Counted from the stretch's first letter, positions 28,849 to 39,182 are shown. The stretch: 64,000 bases of DNA from Nitrososphaeria archaeon (GCA_027078545.1 JALWXN010000004.1:640001-704000), one strand, 5' to 3'. Made by a program: numbers and translations. Notes: generated by a model from the letters alone, not told the origin.

Positions 28849-30009
28849 ATGGCGAAGGCGGTTATACTAGGCGGTGTAGGAGCGGTAGGTATAGAGGCTT
28901 CTAGAGACTTCATCGAGACCAGCGGCTTCGACGAGATAGTCATAGCTGACTACAACATAGAGAAGGCCCGTAGATTCATAGAGGAGTATGGCGATGATAG
29001 GTTGGCCGCCGTTAAGGTAGATGTGAATGATGAGGATGCCCTCCGCAGCGTGATCAGGGGTGCCGACATAGTCATCAACGCCCTCCCCTTCAAGTATGAC
29101 TATATAGTCACGAAGATCGCTGTGGAGGAGGGGGTCTCAGGCGTCGATGTAGCGACGGAGCAGGACCAGTTCGACCTTACGCCGAAGGCCGAGGAGACTG
29201 GTGCGCTCTTCGTCCCAGGCGTGGGAGCCACCCCTGGAACCACCAACCTCATGGCTGCAAAGGCTGCACAGCTCCTCGACAAGGTCGATACCATCGAGAT
29301 CTTCTGGGCAGCCTTCCGCTGCACCGCCCCCAGCCCAGGCCTGCTCCACGTCACGATATGGGAGTTCGACCCGAATCTTAAGGAGAGGGTGATCTACGAG
29401 GACGGTGTCTATAAGCAGGTTCCCCCATACTCAGGGGCCAAGTGGGTAGAGTTCTTCCCATTGATCGGTAGGAGGGAGACTGTCTATGTCCCACATAGCG
29501 AGACCTATACCCTACCCGAGTACCTGCCTCCTGAGAAGAAGCCTAGGAGGGTATATGTAAGGGGTACGTGGCCAGACGAGACGATGAACCTCTTGAAGGT
29601 CCTCCTATACTACGGCTTCTACGAGGACAAGCCTGTGGACTTCGACGGGGTCTATGTGAAGCCGATGAAGTTTATCTACCGCTTCATGTTGCAGAGCGAG
29701 AAGGCCCGTGAGACCGAGGTCTGGGGCTACGGCCTAAGGGTTGAAGCTACGGGAGAGAAGGATGGTAGGTCTGCCAAGGTCGTAGTCATGAATGAGCATC
29801 CAAGTGATGTGGAGGGATGGGAGGGTAGCAGGGCATACTTCAGGCCGATAGGGAATCCACTATCGATTGGGGCACAGATGATCCACCGCGGCGAGACACT
29901 GGTTGAGAAGGGTGTATACCCACCTGAGGCCGCCTTCGACCCCGACAAGTTCTTCCAGGAGCTGGCTAAGAGGGGGATCAAGATCTCCTGGGAGGTTGAG
30001 TATCTCTAG
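28849..30009 (+). CDS. Saccharopine dehydrogenase-family NAD(P)-dependent oxidoreductase
   Basis: LGGVGAVG Rossmann motif, VINALP, GVGATPGTTN, HSE and GVYPPE. Confidence 0.88.
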   Translation: MAKAVILGGVGAVGIEASRDFIETSGFDEIVIADYNIEKARRFIEEYGDDRLAAVKVDVNDEDALRSVIRGADIVINALPFKYDYIVTKIAVEEGVSGVDVATEQDQFDLTPKAEETGALFVPGVGATPGTTNLMAAKAAQLLDKVDTIEIFWAAFRCTAPSPGLLHVTIWEFDPNLKERVIYEDGVYKQVPPYSGAKWVEFFPLIGRRETVYVPHSETYTLPEYLPPEKKPRRVYVRGTWPDETMNLLKVLLYYGFYEDKPVDFDGVYVKPMKFIYRFMLQSEKARETEVWGYGLRVEATGEKDGRSAKVVVMNEHPSDVEGWEGSRAYFRPIGNPLSIGAQMIHRGETLVEKGVYPPEAAFDPDKFFQELAKRGIKISWEVEYL

Positions 30010-30018
30010 CCCCCTCCC

Positions 30019-30420
30019 CTACATAATCTTTCTAGGCGGGTATATCTCAAGCCTCCTCTTGAGGCACCATCCCGCCAGCTCGACACCCCTCCTATACATC
30101 CCCGGATCGATGAGCATGACCTCGTGGGGGGCGTCACACCTTATATAGGTCTCCAGCTCCCCATTCCTAACCATCTCCTCAACAGTCTTCCTCCTGGGGA
30201 GTGCGAGGATATATGGATAATCCCCCAGCCCCATCCTTACATACTCCTCCGTAGCCTCCGCCACGGCGCGGCTAACCAACTCTCTATAGCCCAGCCTCCC
30301 CACGTATCTACACCAGAGCTCTATAACCAGCTGGTAATGATTCTCTATCGATATGCTGTATGCCTTCTCACCCCTCCCCACCGTGTTGATATAGATGATG
30401 TGGTACCTCGGCCTAGACAT
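30019..30420 (-). CDS. Hypothetical protein
   Basis: 133-aa ORF filling the gap with genome-typical codon usage; no recognised motif. Confidence 0.55.
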   Translation of the reverse strand: MSRPRYHIIYINTVGRGEKAYSISIENHYQLVIELWCRYVGRLGYRELVSRAVAEATEEYVRMGLGDYPYILALPRRKTVEEMVRNGELETYIRCDAPHEVMLIDPGMYRRGVELAGWCLKRRLEIYPPRKIM

Positions 30421-30467
30421 GTCTAAATATAGGTCTCCAGCCCGGGATAGTTAAGTTTGGATCCACT

Positions 30468-31826
30468 ATGAAGCGTCTCTATATTCTAGGCGCCCCCTGG
30501 TGTAGCCAGTGCCAGGAATTCTACTCGGGGCTCAGGGAGGAGCTTGGAGGAGAGGCTGTGGAGTACGTCGACCTAGACAGGTATCCACATCTACAGGAGA
30601 GGTTCGACGTGAGGGCATACCCTACACTAGTCCTTGTGGATGGTGGTAGGCCCCTAGCTACACATGTACCCGAGGATCTCGGCGATGCTAAGAGGTTCTA
30701 TAGGGCGGGGGGTGGCGAGAACTTTATGAGGCGATGTGTCTATCGACGGGTGGGCCCACCCAGCAGGGATGAGCTGAACATGGTGATCAGCTTTATAGAG
30801 AATGTCTATGACTGGGTGGAGGGTGGGCTGACCGGTGGATACAAGCTTGTCCCCTATAGGGAGATGGAGTTCCTGGTGAAGGCCTACCTAGACCTTGGGG
30901 TTAGGGGCTACCTAGAGATGGTTAGGCGGACCATAGACATCGTCCTCCAGAGCGGGATGATGGATTATAAGAGGTACCTAGTCTCCCACATGAGCCTCTC
31001 ACCAGACTGGGAGAGTCCTGACAAGACGTATCTCCTTGAGGAGCAGGCCAGGATGATCCGCCTCCTCATATGGCTTGGTAGGCTTACCGATGCCGAGGTA
31101 TATCTAGAGATTGCCAGGCGTATGGTCGACTCGGTATTCAGCCTCTTCCTAGACAGGGGTGTGAGGGCATATCTAGGATCGGAGCCTATACACATGGGGA
31201 GTGGTGGGATACACCCATATATAGAGGCGTTGGAGAGCCTCTCCGATATGGGGCTCGACCCTAGGCTGAGGCCTAGGATGCAGAGCCTGATCCCCCTAGT
31301 CCCAAGCCATGATAAGATACTGGGGGAGTACCCACTCATCACACAGGCCTACTACCTACACACTATTCTGAACATATACCGCTACACCCGTTGGAGGGAG
31401 GGGCTCAGGAGGGCTAGAGACCTGGTCAATAGGTGGGCCGGGTGGATACATAGCCTGCCAACCGTGGATACTGAGCGGAGCCTCCACCTACACCTCGATA
31501 AATGGGTCTGCCGACCCCCTAGGACCAACATCGTCTATGGCCTAGCCATGTATAGGGCCCGGATCTACGGATTGACGGGGGATGAGGCTCTGGGCGGGAT
31601 ACTCAGTAATAGGTGGGACGTGACTAGGAGGAATACGTATGACGCCGCGACGTGGGGGATCGGGGTAGCCACCCATCTATATGGCCTAGACCTGTTCAGG
31701 GTCTCAGGCTATAAGGCCCTCCCCTCCAAGGTTGGTGATCTGGTGAAGCCCTTCACCGAGATAGTCTATACCGATGGGGAGAGGAGGGTAGAATACGTCT
31801 CACGGGGGGTAAGCTTCGAGATATGA
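30468..31826 (+). CDS. Thioredoxin-fold (WCxxC) protein with YyaL/six-hairpin-like helical domain
   Basis: APWCSQC and YPT, then YDWVEGG...K...KTYLLEEQA resembling YyaL/SPATA20. Confidence 0.65.
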   Translation: MKRLYILGAPWCSQCQEFYSGLREELGGEAVEYVDLDRYPHLQERFDVRAYPTLVLVDGGRPLATHVPEDLGDAKRFYRAGGGENFMRRCVYRRVGPPSRDELNMVISFIENVYDWVEGGLTGGYKLVPYREMEFLVKAYLDLGVRGYLEMVRRTIDIVLQSGMMDYKRYLVSHMSLSPDWESPDKTYLLEEQARMIRLLIWLGRLTDAEVYLEIARRMVDSVFSLFLDRGVRAYLGSEPIHMGSGGIHPYIEALESLSDMGLDPRLRPRMQSLIPLVPSHDKILGEYPLITQAYYLHTILNIYRYTRWREGLRRARDLVNRWAGWIHSLPTVDTERSLHLHLDKWVCRPPRTNIVYGLAMYRARIYGLTGDEALGGILSNRWDVTRRNTYDAATWGIGVATHLYGLDLFRVSGYKALPSKVGDLVKPFTEIVYTDGERRVEYVSRGVSFEI

Positions 31827-31884
31827 ATTGGTATAAACGGTTTATTCCCGGGGTTATAACCAGTCGGATTAGTATCATCTATAT

Positions 31885-33435
31885 ATGTCCTCGGAGGAGA
31901 GGGCAGAGATACTAGAGGTTCTTAGGAGCGCGACGGAGGCAACGGTATCTACTTATGGAGGGGAGGTTATACGTAGCAGGGCTATGCACTACGCGGTTGC
32001 CGACGATTTCACGATCTACCTAGCAAGTATGAAGGGTGACCCTAAGATCCTCCACATATCCAATATTCCGAGCGTTACCCTACTCATCCTCCACAAGGCT
32101 ACACCGCCGGAGACCTATATGGATCTCAGGGAGTTTGGGAAGTGGAGTGAGATCGAGATCCATGGGAGGGCCTCGATAGTCAGGGATGAGCGTGAGAGGG
32201 AGTATGCCATCAAGATGTTGGCTGAGAGGAGCCCGATAGTCAAGCTCCTCTACCAGAATAACCAGACAGGCGTGTTGGAGGTTATCAGGGTGGAGCCACA
32301 GATAATCAAGTATAAACGTGTCCGCGACATACTGGAGGGTAAGCCCCCCATAGTCATATCCTTCGAGGAGGCTGGGGAGCGTGGGGGGGACATAACCATC
32401 CTGGCTAGGAAGCTTAAGAACCTATACTATGCTATGCGCGTCCCCTTCATAGCGGCAACCATTCCATCGATAGTCCTCGGCGGGCTATTGGCGCTGTATC
32501 ATAGGAGTGTCTTCGACCCAATACTGTTCATACTGACGTTGATAGGTACTGTGGCGGCCCATCTAGGGCTTAACCTGATGAACGACTACTACGACTATAG
32601 GATGGGTGTCGACCAGGTGAATAAGGAGGGGGTATTCCCCTTCACCGGTGGGAGTAGAGTGCTCCAGATGGGTCTATTGTCACCCTTAGAAGTGTTCTTC
32701 ACATCAATATTCATGATCTCTCTAAGCGTCGCCATAGCCGTGTATCTAGCCCTCGTGGTGACGCCCCTGGTACTAGCTGTCGCAGCCCTCGGCTTCGCAA
32801 TAATACTTGCCTACCACGTCCCACCACTGAGGCTGGTCGATAGGGGGCTTGGCGAGCTATTGGTTGGCCTCGGCTTCGGGCCGGTGTATACACTCGGTAC
32901 ATACCTTGTGATGACTGGTGAGCTCTCGGTGATACCTGTCCTGGCATCACTCCCACTAGCCCTCCTAGTGGCTGATATACTTGTGGTCAACGAGTTCCCC
33001 GACTATAAGGGTGATCTCGAGGCTGGTAAGCATAACCTAGTGGTTAGGCTTGGGAGGAGGCGTGCCAGGTGGCTATCACACATACTCCACTTCACCGCCT
33101 ACCTCCTCATACCCGTCCTCTACCTCATCGGGATATACCCATTCGAGTCGTTGATAGCGCTGCTAGGACTACCACTATCCATCTATGGTAAGGCCAACCT
33201 TCATAGGAACTATGAGTCGCCCTTCGACATGATACCAGCCATCGTCTCCAACATAGTGGTATACGTGGTTACAGGCTTCCTGATATCCGTCGGCATACTA
33301 TTCTCAGTCAGCCCCAGCCCAGCCCTACTAGCATCGATACTAGCGGGAATAGCGGGCTTCACCCTCTACGAGCTGGTGGAGCTGAGGCGTGGGGTCAGGG
33401 CCTTCAACCTCCTGAGACGCACGGTCTCCTCCTAG
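31885..33435 (+). CDS. menA: Fusion: pyridoxamine-5'-phosphate-oxidase-like split-barrel domain + MenA/UbiA prenyltransferase
   Basis: aa ~1-160 ATVST...SRAMHY...IYLAS...K...PSVTL...IEIHGRA; aa ~175-516 NLMNDYYDYRMGVD, TGGS, GLGE and NEFPDYKGDLEAGKHNL. Confidence 0.85.
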   Translation: MSSEERAEILEVLRSATEATVSTYGGEVIRSRAMHYAVADDFTIYLASMKGDPKILHISNIPSVTLLILHKATPPETYMDLREFGKWSEIEIHGRASIVRDEREREYAIKMLAERSPIVKLLYQNNQTGVLEVIRVEPQIIKYKRVRDILEGKPPIVISFEEAGERGGDITILARKLKNLYYAMRVPFIAATIPSIVLGGLLALYHRSVFDPILFILTLIGTVAAHLGLNLMNDYYDYRMGVDQVNKEGVFPFTGGSRVLQMGLLSPLEVFFTSIFMISLSVAIAVYLALVVTPLVLAVAALGFAIILAYHVPPLRLVDRGLGELLVGLGFGPVYTLGTYLVMTGELSVIPVLASLPLALLVADILVVNEFPDYKGDLEAGKHNLVVRLGRRRARWLSHILHFTAYLLIPVLYLIGIYPFESLIALLGLPLSIYGKANLHRNYESPFDMIPAIVSNIVVYVVTGFLISVGILFSVSPSPALLASILAGIAGFTLYELVELRRGVRAFNLLRRTVSS

Positions 33436-33502
33436 ACACCCTGCTGGGATGGGGTAACTTTTTATCCCCCTCCATCCTTAGATTCCATAGCGGTGTGTAG
33501 AG

Positions 33503-34450
33503 ATGAGTATATGGATGCTCCGCCTGAGACTGCTACTAGCCACCACGGTATTCATAGCAATATCGACACTGGCCTTCACAATCATCCTAAGCGTTACGGG
33601 ACTCTTCAACCTATACCTCCTAGCACTATTCGTGATCCTCTTCAACCTACTCCAGTGGTTGATAGCCCCTAAGATAATCAATAGTATCTACCGTGTCCGG
33701 GAGCCTAGGCCGGGCGAGTCATGGCTGGTATCCGCTGTGGATGAGCTAAGCAGGAGGAGTGGGATAAAGACCCCCAAGGTCTACGTGGCTGAGGTGCCGA
33801 TACCTAATGCATTCGCCTATGGCAGCCCTCTTACTGGTAACATGGTGGCTGTCACGACTGGATTGCTGGAGACCCTTGATAGGGACGAGGTTGTGGCTGT
33901 CCTCGGACATGAGGTGGGGCATCTCAAGCATAGGGATGTCCAGCTCATGATGCTCCTATCGATACTCCCCTCGGTCCTATACTTCATAGGCTACTCCCTA
34001 TACTTCTCAAGCCTCTTCAACAGGGATAGGGGCGGCGCGTTACTACTCGTGGGACTCCTATCCATACTCCTCTACTACGTCCTAAGCCTGGTAGTCCTAT
34101 GGGTAAGTAGGATTAGGGAGTACTATGCCGATCTCCATGCGGCTCAGATAGTCGAGAATGGGAATATTAAGCTGGCCAATGCCCTGGTCAAGATCGTCTA
34201 TGGGACGACTAGGTATGTGGCTAGGGGAGGTGATGTACATAGGTTCAGCGCTGTGAAGCCCCTATTGATAGCTGATCCCGACACTGCTGTGGATGATCTC
34301 CGCGACCTTGCTAGGGAGGGAATCGTAGATAGGCGTGTCCTAGACCTGGCGAGGAGGAGGCTGAGCACTGGTGAGAGGATCATGGAGCTATTCTCGACCC
34401 ATCCACATATAGTGAACAGGATCAGGAGGCTCCTCAGCTACTCAAGGTAG
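33503..34450 (+). CDS. htpX: HtpX zinc metalloprotease (M48)
   Basis: PNAFA, HEVGH, SRIREYYAD and FSTHP. Confidence 0.95.
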   Translation: MSIWMLRLRLLLATTVFIAISTLAFTIILSVTGLFNLYLLALFVILFNLLQWLIAPKIINSIYRVREPRPGESWLVSAVDELSRRSGIKTPKVYVAEVPIPNAFAYGSPLTGNMVAVTTGLLETLDRDEVVAVLGHEVGHLKHRDVQLMMLLSILPSVLYFIGYSLYFSSLFNRDRGGALLLVGLLSILLYYVLSLVVLWVSRIREYYADLHAAQIVENGNIKLANALVKIVYGTTRYVARGGDVHRFSAVKPLLIADPDTAVDDLRDLAREGIVDRRVLDLARRRLSTGERIMELFSTHPHIVNRIRRLLSYSR

Positions 34451-35778
34451 CTCCTCCTCTCCACCCACCTCTTTACCAATCCATTCCTCTCTAGGAACCT
34501 CCTGTAGCTGTATAGGCTCCTCAATACCTGTAGATATGCGTTGGGCGAGTAGGAGACAGGTATCCCCTGGCTGGGTAGTTTTAGGGAGGCCCTGAAGCTA
34601 TATCCATAGGGATAGGTAAGTATCGTGAGGGGCTTGACATGTCCCTGGCCCCACATCTCCCTCATGAGGCTCGAGACCATACCACCAAACTCGGTGGATA
34701 GGCTTGGGGATGGGTAGTAGGGTATAACAACGATAGCGTCGACGTCACCCCTCCTATAGAGCTCCTCGATCCTCCTCAGATACTCCTCGTCGCCAGCCGT
34801 GCCGCCCACATCTATGTATGCCGATATCTCCATATCCATAGCCCTAGCCCTGTTTAGCAGGGATATCCCGAAGCCACCTGCCCCTGTGACTATGCCTAGC
34901 CTGAGGCCCCTGGGTAGGGGCTGCTTCAAGACGTGTAGAGCCGCCTCACCCACCAGGTCTACGTCGTCGAGGAGTATGCCACCAGCCTGCCGGACAGCGG
35001 CCCTCAGAACCTCTCCACCCGCCAGCTGTCCGGTGTGGCTCTTTACGACTCCCCCGATACCCTTGTCCCCACCTACAACCACTAATACGGGCTTCTCGCC
35101 AGAGACGCGCCTTAGAACCTTGTAGAATTCACGGCCGTCTAGGACGCCCTCCACGTAAAGGGCTATCAGCTCCGTATCCGGGTCTCCATACAGCTCCGCA
35201 AGAACCTCCACGATCCCGACATCTATCTCCCGGCCTAGCCCCATGAATATGGAGACCCCCAGCCCAATCTCGGCCAGTATATCGAGTATCTGTGTACCCA
35301 CGGCTCCCGACTGGCTAACCACGGCTATAGAGCCTCTTCTCGGGTATCCCTGGCGGATCGGGTCTAGGAAGAGGGTGTTGAGGCCCCTGGAGGGCATGTA
35401 TATCCCTATGCTGCCAGGCCCCACTATACGCATTCCACTCCCACCAAGCACCTGTAGGAGTTGGTCGAGCTCCTCCCCAGATATCTGTGAGATCACTATG
35501 GAGATCTTCACACCCTTCGAGACCGCCTCTCCAACAACCCTGGGCACTGCATTCCCGGGGACAACGATGATGGCCATGTCTACTGGGTATGGGATGTCGA
35601 GGAGGCTCTTGTAGCACCTCATGCCTAGGATCTCCCTGGCTGATGGGTTGACGGGGTATATCCTGCCGCGGAAGCTCCTTATAAAGTTCCTTAGAATTAT
35701 GTGTCCAGGCTTGGAGGGGTCTCTAGACGCCCCCACAACGGCTACGCTCCTCACCCTCCTGATGGTCTCCAGCGGCAT
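34438..35778 (-). CDS. ADP-forming acyl-CoA synthetase alpha subunit (ACD-alpha)
   Basis: VAVVGASRDPSKPG, SQSGA, phospho-His SHTG and TGAGG. Confidence 0.85.
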   Translation of the reverse strand: MPLETIRRVRSVAVVGASRDPSKPGHIILRNFIRSFRGRIYPVNPSAREILGMRCYKSLLDIPYPVDMAIIVVPGNAVPRVVGEAVSKGVKISIVISQISGEELDQLLQVLGGSGMRIVGPGSIGIYMPSRGLNTLFLDPIRQGYPRRGSIAVVSQSGAVGTQILDILAEIGLGVSIFMGLGREIDVGIVEVLAELYGDPDTELIALYVEGVLDGREFYKVLRRVSGEKPVLVVVGGDKGIGGVVKSHTGQLAGGEVLRAAVRQAGGILLDDVDLVGEAALHVLKQPLPRGLRLGIVTGAGGFGISLLNRARAMDMEISAYIDVGGTAGDEEYLRRIEELYRRGDVDAIVVIPYYPSPSLSTEFGGMVSSLMREMWGQGHVKPLTILTYPYGYSFRASLKLPSQGIPVSYSPNAYLQVLRSLYSYRRFLERNGLVKRWVERRSYLE

Positions 35779-35874
35779 TATAATGATGCTTTGGATATCG
35801 TGGATATAAAGGGTGGTGGAGGAGTATCCATCTAGTTATGGGATTACCTCGACCGGGTGGCTGGTGCATAGGCG

Positions 35875-36603
35875 ATGGGTAGGAGGGCATTCTCATTCTT
35901 CACAGGTGGCAAGGATAGTACGGCGGCCCATCTAATGGCTAGGAAGGAGGGTATAGACCCAGACCTACTCGTGACTATCAGGCCCCTCAATAGGGAGAGC
36001 TACATGTTCCACTCTGTAAACCTCTGGGTAACGACTATCCAGGCGGCGGTTCTTAGGAGGAGGCAGATATTCTACACGGTCTCGGGTAGGCGTGAGGAGG
36101 AGGTTGGGGAGCTGCGCCCACTCATCGAGAGGCTCCACGAGGCCGGCTATGAGGTCGCGACTGTAGGGGGGCTCCTCAGCAATTATCAGAGGAGGCGGTT
36201 TGAACGCCTACTGGGTGAGTATGGGATCGAGCTCTTCAGCCCCTTCTGGGGCGTGGAGCAGGAGGAGATTCTACATAGCTACATTGGCCTAGGCATCAGG
36301 TTCATGTTGACATCTGTCTCGGCACATGGCCTTGGTGAGGAGCATCTAGGCTGGGTCATCAAGAGCTTGGAGGATGTCGAGCGGCTGGTGGAGATCGCTA
36401 ATAGATATGGGTTCAACCCCACCGGTGAGGGTGGCGAGTATGAATCCCTAGTCCTCTATGCCGAGGGCTTCAGCCACGCCCTACACCCAACCAGGGTGTT
36501 GAGGTACTGGGACGGCTACACGGGCTATCTAGAGATCCTCGGTGTTAGACTCGTGAAGAGCCTTGTGGAGAGGAGGGGGCAGGAGGTGGTTAGCCGTGGA
36601 TGA
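35875..36603 (+). CDS. dph6: Diphthine--ammonia ligase
   Basis: PP-loop TGGKDS, SYMFH, SNYQ and GEGGEYES. Confidence 0.9.
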   Translation: MGRRAFSFFTGGKDSTAAHLMARKEGIDPDLLVTIRPLNRESYMFHSVNLWVTTIQAAVLRRRQIFYTVSGRREEEVGELRPLIERLHEAGYEVATVGGLLSNYQRRRFERLLGEYGIELFSPFWGVEQEEILHSYIGLGIRFMLTSVSAHGLGEEHLGWVIKSLEDVERLVEIANRYGFNPTGEGGEYESLVLYAEGFSHALHPTRVLRYWDGYTGYLEILGVRLVKSLVERRGQEVVSRG

Positions 36604-37132
36604 GGTGTCTGAGGGTAAGATATGGGAGCTGGAGTCTAAATGCCCGAGGTGTGGGGCGAGCTATAAGATTACGGAGTATCTATACCATGTCCCGATGGTT
36701 GGGAGGGTAATAATCTCCAGCGGTGAATGCCCATCATGTGGATACAAGTATCGTGACATTAGGGCTGCTGAGAGCCATGGCCCGCAGAGGTTGAAGCTAT
36801 GGGTCGATGGGCCCGAGGATCTAAACGCTATCGTTGTTAGGGCCTCGACAGCCTCTATATATATCCCGGAGCTGGGAGTCTCGATAGAGCCAGGCCCGGC
36901 CTCCCAGGGCTTCATAACGACTGTCGAGGGTATACTGGACAGGGTCTCAAGGGTATTGACGGTACTCAAGGATGATGAGGAGGTTGATAGGAGGGCGTGG
37001 GAATCGGCTAAGAAGGATTTGGAGGATGCTAGGAGTGGTAGGAAGAGCTTCACCCTGATAATCGTGGATCCAGAGGGGGTTAGCAGGATAGTATCGGACA
37101 AGGCTGAGAAGGAGCGTATGTATAGCCAGTAG
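36596..37132 (+). CDS. ZPR1-type zinc finger protein
   Basis: CPRC...CPSCGYK, IPELG..IEPGPASQGFITTVEG and DPEG.S. Start uncertain (36563/36596). Confidence 0.9.
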   Translation: MDEVSEGKIWELESKCPRCGASYKITEYLYHVPMVGRVIISSGECPSCGYKYRDIRAAESHGPQRLKLWVDGPEDLNAIVVRASTASIYIPELGVSIEPGPASQGFITTVEGILDRVSRVLTVLKDDEEVDRRAWESAKKDLEDARSGRKSFTLIIVDPEGVSRIVSDKAEKERMYSQ

Positions 37133-37171
37133 CCCCGGGTTAATATCTAGGCGGGCTTAATAACCATCTAT

Positions 37172-38458
37172 ATGGCCCGGATGAGTCCAAGGCTTATATA
37201 CATAGTCCTAGACGGTGGATGCGACGGTAGGCCCAATGGTGAGACCAGTCTGGAGAGGGCGGATACGCCTAATCTAGACCTCATCGCCCGGAGGGCGAAG
37301 GCCGGGCTCGTCCATGTACTGGGTATGGGTGTAGCACCGCAGAGCGACGCGGCTACGCTGAGCCTCCTGGGGTATAGCCCCTACAAATATAGGGTTGGCC
37401 GTGGAGTTCTGGAGGCCCTAGGCCTGGGCATAAAGCTTAGGCCGGGTAGGGAGATAGCTCTCAGGGGGAACCTAGCAACGGTCGACGAGTCTGGCTGGGG
37501 GATCATAGATAGGAGGTGTGGAAGGGACGTCTCCTCGGGGGAGGCTAGGGAGCTTCTCAGAGACCTCTCCATGGTGGATCTCGGGATCCATGGGGGCTAT
37601 GCTAGGGCCATCCCCAGCAAGGGGCATAGGGTAGTGGTGATAATTGGGAGTAGGGAGAGGAGGCTGAGCCCAGAGATCTCGAACATGGATCCTGCATATA
37701 GGAGGGTCGGGTATATCTCCGAGGCGGTGGAGAATCCGGGTAGCCGTGTAACACCCTGTGAACCGTTATCGTCGGAGGAGCCTGCAATCGTGGCTGCGGA
37801 GCTCGTAAACAGGTTCTACGAGGTCAGCCATAGACATTTGAGGGACCATCCACTGAACAAGGCTAGGGTTGAGAAGGGCCGGCTACCATGTAACGCTATC
37901 CTTGTGAGGGACGCTGGCTCGAGGCCTGAAGACATACCTATGTTCCAGCACCGCTTCGGCTTCAAGATGGCCTCGGTGGTGGAGATGCCTGTGGAGCGTG
38001 GGATAGCGGAGCTCATAGGGCTGGTAATAGCGGATGTGGATACCTCTGGTACTAGGGCCGCAAGGTATATAAGGATGGCGGATAGGGCTGTGGACATCCT
38101 CGACTATGCCGATGGTGTATATGTCCATCTGAAGGGGCCGGATGAGCCTGCCCATGACGGCGACGTCTCGGGGAAGGTGGAGGCGCTGGAGGATATTGAC
38201 CAGTACTTCCTCGGTAGGCTTCTAGACAGGATTGATCTTGACAACACCGCTATAGTCATAACCTGTGACCACTGCACCTCACCAAGGGTTAGGAGCCACA
38301 CTTCAGACCCGGTTCCACTCGTCGTCTATAAATATGGCTTCAAGAATGATGGGCTATACCGCTTCACGGAGAGGGAGGCCGCCAAGGGGAGTATAGGGGT
38401 CTTGACGGGTGGATGGGACGTCCTACCACTGGTTAAGAGGCTCCTCTGGGGTGGCTAG
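37172..38458 (+). CDS. apgM: 2,3-bisphosphoglycerate-independent phosphoglycerate mutase (archaeal type)
   Basis: LDG, TPNLD, PQSD, GRGVLEALG, GPDEPAHDG, CDH and HTSDPVP. Confidence 0.92.
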   Translation: MARMSPRLIYIVLDGGCDGRPNGETSLERADTPNLDLIARRAKAGLVHVLGMGVAPQSDAATLSLLGYSPYKYRVGRGVLEALGLGIKLRPGREIALRGNLATVDESGWGIIDRRCGRDVSSGEARELLRDLSMVDLGIHGGYARAIPSKGHRVVVIIGSRERRLSPEISNMDPAYRRVGYISEAVENPGSRVTPCEPLSSEEPAIVAAELVNRFYEVSHRHLRDHPLNKARVEKGRLPCNAILVRDAGSRPEDIPMFQHRFGFKMASVVEMPVERGIAELIGLVIADVDTSGTRAARYIRMADRAVDILDYADGVYVHLKGPDEPAHDGDVSGKVEALEDIDQYFLGRLLDRIDLDNTAIVITCDHCTSPRVRSHTSDPVPLVVYKYGFKNDGLYRFTEREAAKGSIGVLTGGWDVLPLVKRLLWGG

Positions 38459-39156
38459 CCAGAGATGAAGTAGTTCTGATACTTCCCAACCTTCTCCTCC
38501 ATATATTCGAGATCCTTAATCGTGTCTATGCTCCGCCAGAAAACGCCCTGGTACCTCACACCCACCATAAGCTTCTCCTCAGCCAGGTGTGGGAAGACCG
38601 TCTTCTCTATATCACCCTTCTCAGGAAGGATGCGTAGCACCTCCTTTCTCAGGGCGTAGACACCGCCGTTTATCCATTTATCCTCGAGGATCGGTTTCTC
38701 CCTGAACCTCGTGACCACCCCCTCCTCATCCGTCTCCACTATCCCGTATGGGCTGGGCATGGGGATCAGGGCTATCGAGGCCTTATACCCGCCTAGATTC
38801 TCGAGGAGGGGGAGTATACGTAGATCGGTTATCACGTCCCCATTGAGGACTATGAAGATATCCTCATCCACATATTTAGATGCGTTTCTAAGGGCTCCGC
38901 CGGTGCCTAGGGGCTCGTCCTCCACGCTATACTCTATCTCCACACCCCATCTCGAGCCGTCGCCGAAGTACTCGATGATCTTGTCGGCCTTATACCCTAC
39001 TAGGAAGACGAACCTATCCACGCCCTGGCTCTTGAGCCAGTGGAGCTGGTACTCGAGTATTGGGCGGCCCTTGATGGGTATCAGGGGCTTAGGGATGTTC
39101 TCAGTGTAGGGGCGGAGCCTCTTACCATATCCCCCGGCCAGTATCAACGCCTGCAT
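38455..39156 (-). CDS. Sugar-1-phosphate nucleotidyltransferase
   Basis: LAGGYGKRLRP...PKPL, EPLGTGG and NGD. Confidence 0.92.
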   Translation of the reverse strand: MQALILAGGYGKRLRPYTENIPKPLIPIKGRPILEYQLHWLKSQGVDRFVFLVGYKADKIIEYFGDGSRWGVEIEYSVEDEPLGTGGALRNASKYVDEDIFIVLNGDVITDLRILPLLENLGGYKASIALIPMPSPYGIVETDEEGVVTRFREKPILEDKWINGGVYALRKEVLRILPEKGDIEKTVFPHLAEEKLMVGVRYQGVFWRSIDTIKDLEYMEEKVGKYQNYFISG

Positions 39157-39182
39157 ATTAACTGATTCGGGGTAGCCAGCCT

